This document shows positions 1 to 9,827 of a stretch of DNA of 64,000 nt, in pieces. The notes beneath the pieces were generated by a model. It had not been told where the DNA came from, searched no databases, and saw only the letters and a program-made list of their open reading frames with translations. Origin of the DNA: Candidatus Microgenomates bacterium (lineage in GTDB: Bacteria; Patescibacteriota; Microgenomatia; UBA8517; JACQJR01); assembly GCA_016204995.1 (NCBI GenBank), contig JACQJR010000001.1:473666-537665 (forward strand), written 5' to 3'. The stretch's first letter is position 1. Each line of letters begins with the position of its first letter. Both the position numbers and the translations under genes were made by a program.

Positions 1-405
1 GCGGAGAATTGGCCAAAGTAATTCATTAAGCTTGTCAATTGAAACTCCGCCATTAGCCACACTAAAAACTTTATTAAAGACGGAAAATAAGCCAAAGAAG
101 ATAACCATCTGCAGAATTTGCGGCAGACAACCAGCCATTTGATTAACCCCATGTTGTTTATAAAGGTCTGTCTGGGCCTGCATTAGCTTCATTTTATCTC
201 CTTGGTGGCGAGCTTTCAGACGCGCCAGATGGGGCGCCAGCTCCTTTATTTTTTGCATTTGCTTTAGGCTGGGTAGGACCAGAGGTGTCAAAAGCAAACG
301 AATAGCCACTGTAAAGAGAATAATGGCCACCCCTAAATTGCCAAAGATTTTATAAAATATAATTAGGCCGTTTAATAATGGTTGAACAATCAGTAAATCC
401 CACAT
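1..405 (-). CDS. yidC: Membrane protein insertase YidC (3' end runs off the window)
   Basis: Manual translation from ATG at 405: MWDLLIVQPLLNGL...GNLGVAIILFTVAIRLLLTPL...LYKQHGVNQMAGCLPQILQM; canonical rpmH-rnpA-yidD-yidC order. Confidence 0.93.
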   Translation of the reverse strand, partial: MWDLLIVQPLLNGLIIFYKIFGNLGVAIILFTVAIRLLLTPLVLPSLKQMQKIKELAPHLARLKARHQGDKMKLMQAQTDLYKQHGVNQMAGCLPQILQMVIFFGLFSVFNKVFSVANGGVSIDKLNELLWPILR

Positions 406-407
406 AT

Positions 408-671
408 TTAAATTACCGGTTTATAACCACCTTTCCCGCCGGGATGGCAATTGGCAATTCTTTTAAATCCCATAGCGCCACCTCTTAACCAACCATATTT
501 TCTGACTGCTTGTTCAAAGTATTGCGAGCAAGTGGGAAAGTAGCGACAGCTGGAGTAAGTTCCAGTAAGTTGGTTTACCAAAGGAGATATCACTATTCTA
601 TAGAGCTTCATCCCCAAATTGAAAATTGAAAAGGGTGTTTCCTTTGGAAAGTGAAAATTGAAAATTATCAT
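408..671 (-). CDS. yidD: Membrane protein insertion efficiency factor YidD
   Basis: CRYFPTCSQY...RIANCHP motifs; start uncertain. Confidence 0.92.
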   Translation of the reverse strand: MIIFNFHFPKETPFSIFNLGMKLYRIVISPLVNQLTGTYSSCRYFPTCSQYFEQAVRKYGWLRGGAMGFKRIANCHPGGKGGYKPVI

Positions 672-1015
672 TATTTTATAGCTCCTATCTTGTTGAGAAC
701 CATAGCCAACACTTCTTCCGCCTCTTTTTGATTAGAATATAATAACTTATGTTTGGCTAAAATTACCACCATAAATCCCTTATCCATCTTTTCCAGCAAA
801 TGTCGTAAGGACTCCCGTAGAATTCTTTTAATCCTATTTCTATCCACCGCTCTTTTGGAAATTCGCTTTGAGACAATCAAACCAAAGCGGGATGGCAAGT
901 TATCAGTTAGTTTGAGATAGCCTAAACCAAACAAGCTTGTTTGCTCCATTAGTCCTTTTTTTAAAACACGATCGAAGTCGCGTTTTTCATTTAAGCGGTA
1001 TTGTGATGGAAGCAT
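671..1015 (-). CDS. rnpA: Ribonuclease P protein component
   Basis: RFGLIVSKRISKRAVDRNRIKRILRE (RNR motif). Confidence 0.96.
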   Translation of the reverse strand: MLPSQYRLNEKRDFDRVLKKGLMEQTSLFGLGYLKLTDNLPSRFGLIVSKRISKRAVDRNRIKRILRESLRHLLEKMDKGFMVVILAKHKLLYSNQKEAEEVLAMVLNKIGAIK

Positions 1016-1020
1016 AAAGA

Positions 1021-1110
1021 AAATTAACCTAATTAATCTAATTTCTAATTGACCTAAATTGGGATATTGGGATTTATTTAGAAATTAGATATTAGTAATT
1101 AGAAATTTAA
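1021..1110. repeat. Periodic quasi-palindromic intergenic element, subfamily A (empty)
   Basis: Reverse complement reads tttaaatttctaattactaat...aaatcccaat...ttaggtcaattagaaattagattaattaggttaatt, matching the copies at 18580, 19849, 21785 and 22741. Confidence 0.85.
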
Positions 1111-1244
1111 ACGTTTAATCGCGCCCTACCCTTCTTTCGCCGGCTGGCCAAAACAGCTCTGCCTGTTCTAGTCCTCATTCGTTTTCTAAAACCATGGACA
1201 CGCGCTCGTTGTTTTTTATGTGGCTGATAAGTACGCTTAGGCAT
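1107..1244 (-). CDS. rpmH: 50S ribosomal protein L34 (absent from ORF track)
   Basis: Manual translation [45 protein letters not shown]. Confidence 0.97.
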   Translation of the reverse strand: MPKRTYQPHKKQRARVHGFRKRMRTRTGRAVLASRRKKGRARLNV

Positions 1245-1317
1245 ATTAATAAATTATACATTATACCTTCTCAATTGTAAATTAATTCTTCTTCGTCTTT
1301 TTTTCTTCTTGACTGAT

Positions 1318-1326
1318 TGTGGATAA
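1318..1326 (-). promoter_or_regulatory. Consensus DnaA box upstream of dnaA
   Basis: TGTGGATAA is the reverse complement of TTATCCACA. Confidence 0.8.
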
Positions 1327-1377
1327 CTCTTGTAATAATACATACCAAACTCCTGCTCTGTTTCACCCCACAGTACC

Positions 1378-2772
1378 ATGGATGAACAACAAACTTTGTG
1401 GAAACAAACGCTGGAAGTGGTTAAAGTGTCTGTTTCGGCGGCCACTTTTTCTACTTGGTTTAGCCAAACATTTATTGTCAAAATTACTCCAGCCGCGCCT
1501 GACCGTCAAACAGTAGAAATCGGCTGCCCTTCCTCCTATATTTCTAACACCTTGGAAAAGCGCTATTTTGGCCTTTTACAAGATGGTTTAAATCAAATTA
1601 CTAAAAAAACCAATAATCTTATCTTTATAGTTAAACAAAATCCGTTTTTTGCCAAAACCAAAACAGAAATTGCTTCTCCGTTATTTAATCAAACCATACC
1701 TAGCTCCGACCATCTTAAAGACAGGCTAATCCGAGCCGGCTTACCAATCCATTTTACCTTTGAAAATTTTGCGGTTTCTGGATCTAATCAACTGGCTTGG
1801 GCCGCAGCCAACGCGGTAGCTAAAAATCCCGGCCATGCCTATAATCCTTTATTTATCTGGGGCGGAGTAGGGGTGGGTAAAACTCATTTAGCGATCGCTA
1901 CAGCCAGAGAAATTATTACCAGCCTTAACGACACCAAAGTTCTTTATTGCACTGGGGAAGAATTTATGGTGGAAATTATCAACGCCATCCGCACCAAAAC
2001 TACCAATGACTTCAAAAAAAAGTACCGCAATATTGAAGTATTAGTAATTGATGATGTCCAATTTATTGCCGGCAAACCTACAGTTCAGGAAGAATTTTTC
2101 CACACTTTTAATGCTATCCAAAAGGCCGGCAGCCAAATTATTATGACCAGCGACATGCCGCCTAATGATATTCCCAAACTGGCTGACCGTTTGCGCAGCC
2201 GTTTTGAAGCCGGCCTTATTGTAGATATTGGTCAACCCGACTTTGAACTACTATGCGCCATTCTTTTAATTAAAGTTAAAGAAAAAGAAATTGATCTGCC
2301 GATAGAGAGCATTCAAAAAATCGCTTCTTGTGTTGATTCACCAAGAGCTTTGGAAGGGTTTTTAATTAAACTCCAGTCTCAATCTAAATTACTTAATAAT
2401 CCTATCACTGAAGAATTAATTAATAAAATGACCGGCCAAAAAGAGGGAGTTAATAACTCCACTAATGGTAATGGCCAAAGCCACCAAGTTTCACCCCAGG
2501 AAGTTATTTCCCGGGTTTGTAATTATTTTTCGGTGCCTAAAAAGGCTATTATTGCTCATGGCCGGACTAAAACTTTAGCTCATGCCCGTCAGGTTTTAAT
2601 GTATATTTTAAGAGTAGAAATGAAATTATCTCTAGAAGAAATTGGTCATATTTTAGGTGATCGGGACCATACCACTGTTTTATATGGAGTAGGTAAAATT
2701 AATGAACTTATCCCCACATCTGGCGATGTGGAACAGCAAATCCTGGGGATAAAAAAACAATTATGGGGATAA
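1378..2772 (+). CDS. dnaA: Chromosomal replication initiator DnaA
   Basis: YNPLFIWGGVGVGKTHL Walker A, IDDVQF, RLRSRF, RDHTTVLYG. Confidence 0.99.
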   Translation: MDEQQTLWKQTLEVVKVSVSAATFSTWFSQTFIVKITPAAPDRQTVEIGCPSSYISNTLEKRYFGLLQDGLNQITKKTNNLIFIVKQNPFFAKTKTEIASPLFNQTIPSSDHLKDRLIRAGLPIHFTFENFAVSGSNQLAWAAANAVAKNPGHAYNPLFIWGGVGVGKTHLAIATAREIITSLNDTKVLYCTGEEFMVEIINAIRTKTTNDFKKKYRNIEVLVIDDVQFIAGKPTVQEEFFHTFNAIQKAGSQIIMTSDMPPNDIPKLADRLRSRFEAGLIVDIGQPDFELLCAILLIKVKEKEIDLPIESIQKIASCVDSPRALEGFLIKLQSQSKLLNNPITEELINKMTGQKEGVNNSTNGNGQSHQVSPQEVISRVCNYFSVPKKAIIAHGRTKTLAHARQVLMYILRVEMKLSLEEIGHILGDRDHTTVLYGVGKINELIPTSGDVEQQILGIKKQLWG

Positions 2773-2918
2773 TTTTTAAATTATTAACAAACTAGTTTAG
2801 TTATCAAGATTGATTATTAACACAAGATCGTATTTAATATACACATTGGTATTTAAGTTGGTGTAGGCTTAATTATTCAGATATCAACAGTTACTACTAC
2901 AACTACTAGTATTAATAT
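2708..2918. other. Putative oriC with DnaA boxes and DnaA-trios
   Basis: Box-like TTATCCCCA at 2708, TGGGGATAA at 2744 and 2764, TTATTAACA at 2781 and 2814; TACTACTACAACTACTAG run at ~2892-2909; dnaA-dnaN spacer. Confidence 0.8.
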
Positions 2919-4025
2919 ATGCAAATATCACTATTACAAGAAGAATTAATAAAGGGGATAAATACAGTTTACCGCTTTGTCAGTACTAAATCTCAACTTC
3001 CCATTCTTTCCCATATTCTAATTTCAATTGAAAAAGGTAGAATTAGACTTTGTGGTACTAATTTAGAATCAGGTATTAATTATTGGTTAGGAGCAAAGGT
3101 AGAAGAAGATGGGCAAATAGCAGTTCCAGCCAAGATTTTAGTAGATACTATTAGTAGTTTAAAACCGGGTAAAATAGAACTTACGGAAAAAGAGGGAATA
3201 TTAACCATCTCTTCTGGTAATTCATTAATTACTATTCCTACTATTCCAGCTAATGATTTCCCCCAAGTTGATTATGAGTTATCTAAACAAAAAATAGTTT
3301 TACCTAAAAATTTACTTGAAAGTATTGTTCATCAAGTATTATTTACCGCCGGAGGCGAGGAAGGGAGAGTAGAATTTACTGGGGTGTTATTTTGGCCTCG
3401 TGATAAAGAATTAGTAGTGGTAGCTACAGACGGTGTCAGATTATCTGTTAAAAGATTAACTACCTCTCTGGATTTACCAGGAAAAATGTTAATTCCCGCT
3501 AAAATTATCGGTGAAATTAATAAAATTTTTAATAACTCTGAAGTTAAATTTAGTTTTGATGAAGATAAAAATCAGGCATTATTTGGTAATGAAGATATAG
3601 TAGTAGTTTCTAAAGTATTGGATAGCGAGAAATATCCTGATTTTGAGCGAATTATTCCTCAAGGTGTTAATGTTACCATACTAGCTGATAAAGAAGAATT
3701 ACAAAATACCCTGAAACTCTCGGCTATTTTTTCCCGAGATTATGGAGTAAGACTAGAATTTGCCAATAATGAATGTGTTTTGGTTTCGGAAAATCCCCAA
3801 ACTGGCACTCAAAAATCCACAATTCCGGTTAAACTGGAGGGTGATAGTTTAATTATCTCCTTTAACTGGCGTTTTCTTAATGACTTTTTAAATTCAGTGA
3901 GTGGTAGCGAGGTAGAATTTAAGTTTGTTAATAATATGTCGCCTGGTTTATTTATTGACCCCAAAGACAAAACCTATACTCATTTAATTATGCCCATCCG
4001 GACTAACGAAGCAGAAAGTAGTTAG
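2919..4025 (+). CDS. dnaN: DNA polymerase III beta clamp
   Basis: VATDGVRLS, YPDFERIIP, HLIMPIR; follows dnaA. Confidence 0.98.
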   Translation: MQISLLQEELIKGINTVYRFVSTKSQLPILSHILISIEKGRIRLCGTNLESGINYWLGAKVEEDGQIAVPAKILVDTISSLKPGKIELTEKEGILTISSGNSLITIPTIPANDFPQVDYELSKQKIVLPKNLLESIVHQVLFTAGGEEGRVEFTGVLFWPRDKELVVVATDGVRLSVKRLTTSLDLPGKMLIPAKIIGEINKIFNNSEVKFSFDEDKNQALFGNEDIVVVSKVLDSEKYPDFERIIPQGVNVTILADKEELQNTLKLSAIFSRDYGVRLEFANNECVLVSENPQTGTQKSTIPVKLEGDSLIISFNWRFLNDFLNSVSGSEVEFKFVNNMSPGLFIDPKDKTYTHLIMPIRTNEAESS

Positions 4026-4968
4026 AAGAAATGGCTGGGATACCTATTTGGGCAGTATTATTTTCTCCACCCAGAATAAATACCGGTGAAAGGATGGTAT
4101 TTTTAGGAGATAGGTAATAAACCAATTTACTTTTAGTGATTCCCAAACTATTGAGGGTAATTTGATCGTTTTCAGTAGATTGTCCACTATTAAAAATTTT
4201 TCCTTCAGTTAAAATCATTGCCTGGATTTCGCGAATATTTTTCAAAGGATAAGATGGGCCGGCTGTTAAATTAGGCAAAATAGTTGTTTTTAAGCTGTAA
4301 AGAGTTTTGTCGCGGCTAATTCTCATTATGGCTAGAGGTTGGCCAAAAAAGGTGGTAATGGAGATGTTATTAATTTGGGGAGTGGCAGTTAATTCCAGTA
4401 AATTTGCCCGGCTGATATCAGTTTCAGCTAAATTGTAGCCATTAGTTTTCAAAAAGCGCGTTTGTTGGACTTTAAATTCTAAATTTGAACTCAAACCTAA
4501 ATTTTTCGCCAGCTCGTTAAATAAATTTTCTACTTCATCGGTAGTGGGAAAAGGAAGTGTATTATCCTGGGGAGCTTGATAATGACCAAAACTAATTTCC
4601 CCATTGTTAATATTAACTGACAAAAACTTATCCTGATCATTCCAATAATAAACAGTTGATTGGGAATCCTGGACCATAGAAGGGGAGACAGTGAAGTTTA
4701 ATATTTTGGCTATATTGTTAATTTGTTCACTGGTTAAAGCAGTGTTTTTATAAGTATAAATAACAGCTTGGGTGGGAAGTGGGCTAGTGATATTAAAACT
4801 CAAAGAAGTATTAAGACTAATAGCCGGCCCTTCCAGTTCGGAGATGGTGATTTTTGGTAGGATGGGTAGTTTTTGTAAAGATTGGCCATATAACCATAGG
4901 GTTACCAAAAAAGTAGCCAACGCTCCTAAAAATATAAATAGCCAGTGCTTTTTAAGAAAATTAATCAT
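4003..4968 (-). CDS. Hypothetical protein with N-terminal membrane anchor
   Basis: ORF with hydrophobic N-terminus; last gene of the T4SS-like operon; 3' end overlaps dnaN convergently. Confidence 0.75.
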   Translation of the reverse strand: MINFLKKHWLFIFLGALATFLVTLWLYGQSLQKLPILPKITISELEGPAISLNTSLSFNITSPLPTQAVIYTYKNTALTSEQINNIAKILNFTVSPSMVQDSQSTVYYWNDQDKFLSVNINNGEISFGHYQAPQDNTLPFPTTDEVENLFNELAKNLGLSSNLEFKVQQTRFLKTNGYNLAETDISRANLLELTATPQINNISITTFFGQPLAIMRISRDKTLYSLKTTILPNLTAGPSYPLKNIREIQAMILTEGKIFNSGQSTENDQITLNSLGITKSKLVYYLSPKNTILSPVFILGGENNTAQIGIPAISSNYFLLR

Positions 4969-4970
4969 CT

Positions 4971-7241
4971 TTACCAACTGACTCCGCAATTATCAGCACA
5001 ACCCCGTTTAATTGCCAACGGAATAAATGGTGGTTCTATTGGTAAGCCTATAAATTGATAATGTAAATGCGGTCCTGTGGTGTAGGCGCCGGTGTTGCCG
5101 ACATTGCCTACCCGCTCTCCTTTATTAACATTTCTATTAATAATATCAGCATTATAAGAAGATAAATGGACGTAGCGGCTTCTGAATTCTTTACCGTTGC
5201 AAACTCCTACCACTTCCACTACATTGCCGCCGCCATAGGTGGGAGTATAAATAGCCCGGCCTTGATGGCTGGTAAAAACCGGCGTACCCACTTCATTGCC
5301 GCCAATATCTAAAGCCTCCAGGCTTTGATGTGAGTAGACTCCATCAGGACCTTGAGTAACTGTACCATGTTCTAACGGCCAGCCGGAGGGACAATCTTGT
5401 GGTGGAGAGCCGATGATGATGGTGACAGTCGTGCTATTGGTTTGAGTAGGTTGTTTTTCCACCGAAGCAGAAACAGTGACGGTGTTAATTAATAAACTAT
5501 CTTTCAACTGTTCTTTAATCTGACTAACATCAACAGTAAAAGTTTTTTGCCAACTATCAATTATTTCATCAGCCGTCCAGCTTTGAGAAGGAATAGTCGG
5601 GGCACTGCCTTGTTTACTGACGGTAAATTTATCTTCAATGGTGGCAGCAGTTAATTTGCCGCTTTTAGGAGAAACGGTAATGGTATAGGAAATACTATCA
5701 GGCAGATTGTCGTTGGTAAAAATTGTTTGGGGAGTGGTTTTAACGATGTTAATATATTTTGATTCTTCTTCTGCTCCGCCTAAAAAGGCGCTTTGGTGGG
5801 TATTAATATTAATCATAGTTAGTAAGATTAATACAGCAAAAATTCCAATAATAACTGCTAATACAATACCCCCTGAAACACCGGCAATGGTACCACCAAA
5901 CACCCCACTTACAGAAACTCCACCCAGGGAAGTTAAGCCTTTGAGAAAATTAAGGCCACCGCCTAAAAATTTACCCATTCCAGAAAAACCAGCTTGTAGG
6001 CCGCGAGCAGTAAGAGTTTGACCTGGACCAGTGATGGCGCGAGTGGCCATCTGTCCAATCTGACCTACCTGCGTAGGCAGGCCCACCGGACCAAAACCTA
6101 AAGCACTTTTCAAATCCTGGGGTGCACGAATGGTAATAATTTGTAATCGGGAGATAATGTTTGCTGATAAGTTACGCAAAGGAGAAGTAATAGTTCTAAC
6201 CAAAGGGCTTTGGCCAAGGCTGGTTAAGATGTTTTTTCTATTGCCGCCAGTGGTATTTTCCACTCCAACAAGCTTTTGATTTAGATCAAGTTTCAACTTA
6301 AAAACTTCCAGCTTAGCTTTTAATTGAGGTGTGGGTTCGCCAGAGCCACCAGCAATAGGTGGGCGGGTAGACATTGACCATTGGATATTTTCCGGATGAT
6401 TAATAGTATTAAGAATTGAAGAAAGTAAAGGATGTTGTCTTTCCCAGAGATTAAGAATACTAGCTTGTTTGAGTATGGCTTGGGCTACGTGGCGTTCACT
6501 TAAAGATGCTGTTTGACTAAAATTATTGGCGGCAGTAGTCAGTGATTGAGCAGTTACCCCCACTTGAGCTAGAGCTAAAGTAGAAGCTCCTTGAGGATTT
6601 TGTTTACCGAGAGCTTCTTGACCGAGAGAAATAGTACCTCGGATAATTTGTAAAGGTAAAGAGGAAATGGCATTGGTGACTTCTTTTAAAATAGGGGCGC
6701 TAACTTGGTTTTTGACTAGGTAAACTTCGCTGGGAACTGATTCAGTAGTGGGGGTAGAAGTTGGGGGCTGTGGGGCGGGCCGCAGGCTTTGAGCGCCTGC
6801 AGTGAGCGAAGTCGAACTGGGGTTAAGGGGTGGAGTGGCAGGAGAAGTAGTAGTAATAACCGGTCTTGTCTTAGTTAATGGTTCTGTTGTAGCCGCAGGC
6901 TGATCTGGCGGTTGGAATTTACCTTCTTTAATTAAATATTGGGCTACCACATATTGTCTAACCCATCTGCGGGCGTTCATTTTTATTTCTTCGTTGCGAC
7001 TTTGAACATCTTCCAGTTTTTGCACTAATTCTTTAAGGTTAGGGGGAATATTGGCAGTCAATTCACCACCGGCTATTTTTTCCAAAGTGATCACAACTTG
7101 TGAGAGGTCTTGCTTACCGAATAATTCAGTGACTATTTGGAAGAATTCTTCCCGGCTAAAATCCTGCCATATGAGCAAATGGGGGTCGCCGGCAAAGGCT
7201 TTAACGCCTTGCAATAAAAAATTGGCTAAATTTTGATTCAT
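4971..7241 (-). CDS. Membrane-anchored protein with C-terminal M23 peptidase domain
   Basis: HQSLEALDIG (HxxxxxxD), YVHL and TTGPHLHY motifs after a TM segment. Confidence 0.85.
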   Translation of the reverse strand: MNQNLANFLLQGVKAFAGDPHLLIWQDFSREEFFQIVTELFGKQDLSQVVITLEKIAGGELTANIPPNLKELVQKLEDVQSRNEEIKMNARRWVRQYVVAQYLIKEGKFQPPDQPAATTEPLTKTRPVITTTSPATPPLNPSSTSLTAGAQSLRPAPQPPTSTPTTESVPSEVYLVKNQVSAPILKEVTNAISSLPLQIIRGTISLGQEALGKQNPQGASTLALAQVGVTAQSLTTAANNFSQTASLSERHVAQAILKQASILNLWERQHPLLSSILNTINHPENIQWSMSTRPPIAGGSGEPTPQLKAKLEVFKLKLDLNQKLVGVENTTGGNRKNILTSLGQSPLVRTITSPLRNLSANIISRLQIITIRAPQDLKSALGFGPVGLPTQVGQIGQMATRAITGPGQTLTARGLQAGFSGMGKFLGGGLNFLKGLTSLGGVSVSGVFGGTIAGVSGGIVLAVIIGIFAVLILLTMININTHQSAFLGGAEEESKYINIVKTTPQTIFTNDNLPDSISYTITVSPKSGKLTAATIEDKFTVSKQGSAPTIPSQSWTADEIIDSWQKTFTVDVSQIKEQLKDSLLINTVTVSASVEKQPTQTNSTTVTIIIGSPPQDCPSGWPLEHGTVTQGPDGVYSHQSLEALDIGGNEVGTPVFTSHQGRAIYTPTYGGGNVVEVVGVCNGKEFRSRYVHLSSYNADIINRNVNKGERVGNVGNTGAYTTGPHLHYQFIGLPIEPPFIPLAIKRGCADNCGVSW

Positions 7242-9736
7242 GTTGACGGTTTGGGATTAGGAGTGAGGTTCCAAGTGACAGTGGCGGGTATGGTAGCAGT
7301 GGGTGGTTCTGGATTAGGGGCGGGTTGTGGATTTTGAATTGAGCCGAAGGATTGCCTAGCAGCTAGTTCTTCCGGCTTAGTAGTGATTAACGCATGTTCT
7401 TTTTCCGAAGCGACCGAGCGCATGGCGACGTGATGGGGTCCGGCAAAGAAAATACCTTCGCCAATATCAGCAGATAACAATAATTGTTTTTCTCCTTCAG
7501 AGAGATGAAAAACCTCACCCACCCGGTCAATAGCGCTAGCCGATTGTTTCATCAGAATCCGCATGGCGGCATTATTAACAATGGCTTTGCCGATTTCTTG
7601 AGCCAAGAAATCTTCTACGTCTTGGGTAATAGTGGATAGTCCCAGCCAATATTTACGGGCTCGCTTGGCAACAGACCATAGAAACATGGCTGAGTCTGGA
7701 TAGCGCATCATATGCCAAGCTTCATCCACAATTAAAATCCGCCGCTTGATATCGCGCCGGACCCTGGTCCAGATAAAGTCCAGAATAATAAACATGGCAA
7801 TTGGCCGCAAGGCATCCTCCAAGTCCCGCACGGAAAAAACCGTAAAAGGATTGGTAATATCAACCGTGGTATGCTGGTCAAAGATGCCGGTAAAACTACC
7901 CTTGACAAATTTTTCCAAACGGGCGGCTAAATTGGCCGCTTCCGGCTCTTCCATGCCGATAAAAGTTTTATATAAATCTTCCATTAAAGGGGCTTCGCGG
8001 TTGTGCGTTTGGGGGTCTTGGGTGATGCCTTTGGCCCGATAGGTAGATATCATCGCTCTGTCCAGCAAAGCCTCTTCCTGGGGCGTTAGTGCGCCCATAA
8101 TAACCTTAAAAAGGGAGTGGAGAGATAATAGTTTTAATGCCAGTTGGTTTTCCCCCGGCGCCTGGACGGTTTGTAAGTCAAAAGGATTAATTTTACTGGG
8201 GGAGCCAAAAGAAAAAGAAATTAATTGGCCGCCGACTGCTTCACATAAAGTCTGATATTCTGCTTCCGGGTCAATAATAATTATTTCTGTGCCTACCATC
8301 AAATAGCGTACAGCTTCTAATTTTACAAAGTAAGATTTGCCGCTGCCGGAAGTACCAAAAATAGTGGTATTGGGATTTTCCAGCTTAAAGCGGTCAAAAA
8401 TAATTAAAGAACCATTGTCTTCGTTAATGCCATACATTACCCCTTCTTCTTGAGATAGTTCTGCCGAGGTAAAGGGAAAGGTGGTAGACAGAGAAGAAGT
8501 GTCCATATTGCGGGTGATGGTCAACTCGTCATAACCCAAGGGCAAAGAAGAAATAAAGCCGTCTTCTTGAGACAGAGTAGCGGGTTTGGCATTAATTAAT
8601 AAAGCTCCTAAAGTGGACTGGATTTGTTTGGTAACATTTTCCAATTCTTCCCGATTGTCCGCCGGGATGGTAATGTAAAAACCAAACTGGAAAAAACGTT
8701 CGGCACCCCGCACCAGCTGCTCTTGCAGGCCAATAGCATCTTCCAGTTTAGCTTGGGTGCCGGGATTAATAATCCGGCCCCGTTGGACATCAGTAGATAT
8801 TTCTGCTTCCATCTCGGCAATTTTGCGGCGCAAATCATCCAAGACAGTTTTTCCTTCTACCGGATAGATAAAGAAAGATAAATTAAGAGTGTGGTCAAAA
8901 TTAATAATCGGATCCAGCCAGCCGGCGGTGACAAAGCGGGGATACCCCGAGACAAAGATGGTGCGATATAAACGGTTGTCCATATTAATAAAGGAAAAAT
9001 CAATTTCCATAGACAGGGGGGAGAGCAAATCTACCAAATTATTGTTATCATTTTGCAGGCCTGCCTGCGCAGACAGGCTGGAGCGCTCCAGATTTAAAGT
9101 TTGCTGTTGAGCCAGTAATTTATCCCGTATTTGCGGATTATAAAGTTCAAAGAAAACATCAGTCAGTTCGTCGGTGGTTAGTTGTCTAATTTTTAATCCC
9201 AGTCTGCCGGCCTGGCGGATTAAGTGATCGCGTTTAGGGTAAAGAGAAGTTTTGGCCTTTTTAATAATATAAGAACGGGAATAAGGTAATTTTTTCGGTT
9301 TTCTGGCCAACGTCAATAAAGCTTGCTTGACTCCTAATTCTAAAGGAGAGAAAGGAATAACAATAAAAAATCTTTTAGACAGCACCCCTTTTTTCTTGAC
9401 AGTTTGAGAAATAAAGTTTTTATACTCATCCATCATTTGTGACAGTTTGGGATTGGTTTGCTTTTGCCGGGCCTCTTCTAAAAAGTCCAGATACTGCAGA
9501 ACATCTTTTTTCTCTGAGCGAACGACAATTTGGGTGGGGAATGAAAGAGAGTTAATAAAGGAGGCGTAAGCGGCCAGAATAGCTTCCTGTTCCCGTTCAG
9601 ATAGTAAAGAAAAATTAAGGGAAGTAGAAGTAAGTACTAAAGCCGCGCCGCCATTTTTTAAAAGAACTAAATCTTCGGCAATATCGGCAATAGGTAACTG
9701 TGTTTGGGTGGAGGCAGTGATCGGTTTAGCAGCCAT
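7238..9736 (-). CDS. virB4: VirB4/TraC-like ATPase with extra N-terminal domain
   Basis: Walker A GTSGSGKS, IIDPEAEY, Walker B ILIVDEAW, RARKY, TQDVEDF. Confidence 0.9.
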   Translation of the reverse strand: MAAKPITASTQTQLPIADIAEDLVLLKNGGAALVLTSTSLNFSLLSEREQEAILAAYASFINSLSFPTQIVVRSEKKDVLQYLDFLEEARQKQTNPKLSQMMDEYKNFISQTVKKKGVLSKRFFIVIPFSPLELGVKQALLTLARKPKKLPYSRSYIIKKAKTSLYPKRDHLIRQAGRLGLKIRQLTTDELTDVFFELYNPQIRDKLLAQQQTLNLERSSLSAQAGLQNDNNNLVDLLSPLSMEIDFSFINMDNRLYRTIFVSGYPRFVTAGWLDPIINFDHTLNLSFFIYPVEGKTVLDDLRRKIAEMEAEISTDVQRGRIINPGTQAKLEDAIGLQEQLVRGAERFFQFGFYITIPADNREELENVTKQIQSTLGALLINAKPATLSQEDGFISSLPLGYDELTITRNMDTSSLSTTFPFTSAELSQEEGVMYGINEDNGSLIIFDRFKLENPNTTIFGTSGSGKSYFVKLEAVRYLMVGTEIIIIDPEAEYQTLCEAVGGQLISFSFGSPSKINPFDLQTVQAPGENQLALKLLSLHSLFKVIMGALTPQEEALLDRAMISTYRAKGITQDPQTHNREAPLMEDLYKTFIGMEEPEAANLAARLEKFVKGSFTGIFDQHTTVDITNPFTVFSVRDLEDALRPIAMFIILDFIWTRVRRDIKRRILIVDEAWHMMRYPDSAMFLWSVAKRARKYWLGLSTITQDVEDFLAQEIGKAIVNNAAMRILMKQSASAIDRVGEVFHLSEGEKQLLLSADIGEGIFFAGPHHVAMRSVASEKEHALITTKPEELAARQSFGSIQNPQPAPNPEPPTATIPATVTWNLTPNPKPST

Positions 9737-9740
9737 AACA

Positions 9741-9827
9741 TTAAATTTTTAATTTCTAATTACTAATTTCTAATCAAATCCCAAATTGGGAAATTTCTAA
9801 ATCTTGGTAATTTTTTAGGTCAATTCT
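9741..9827. repeat. Periodic intergenic element, subfamily A (empty)
   Basis: aatttctaattactaatttctaatcaaatcccaaattgggaaatttct...ttaggtcaatt. Confidence 0.85.
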
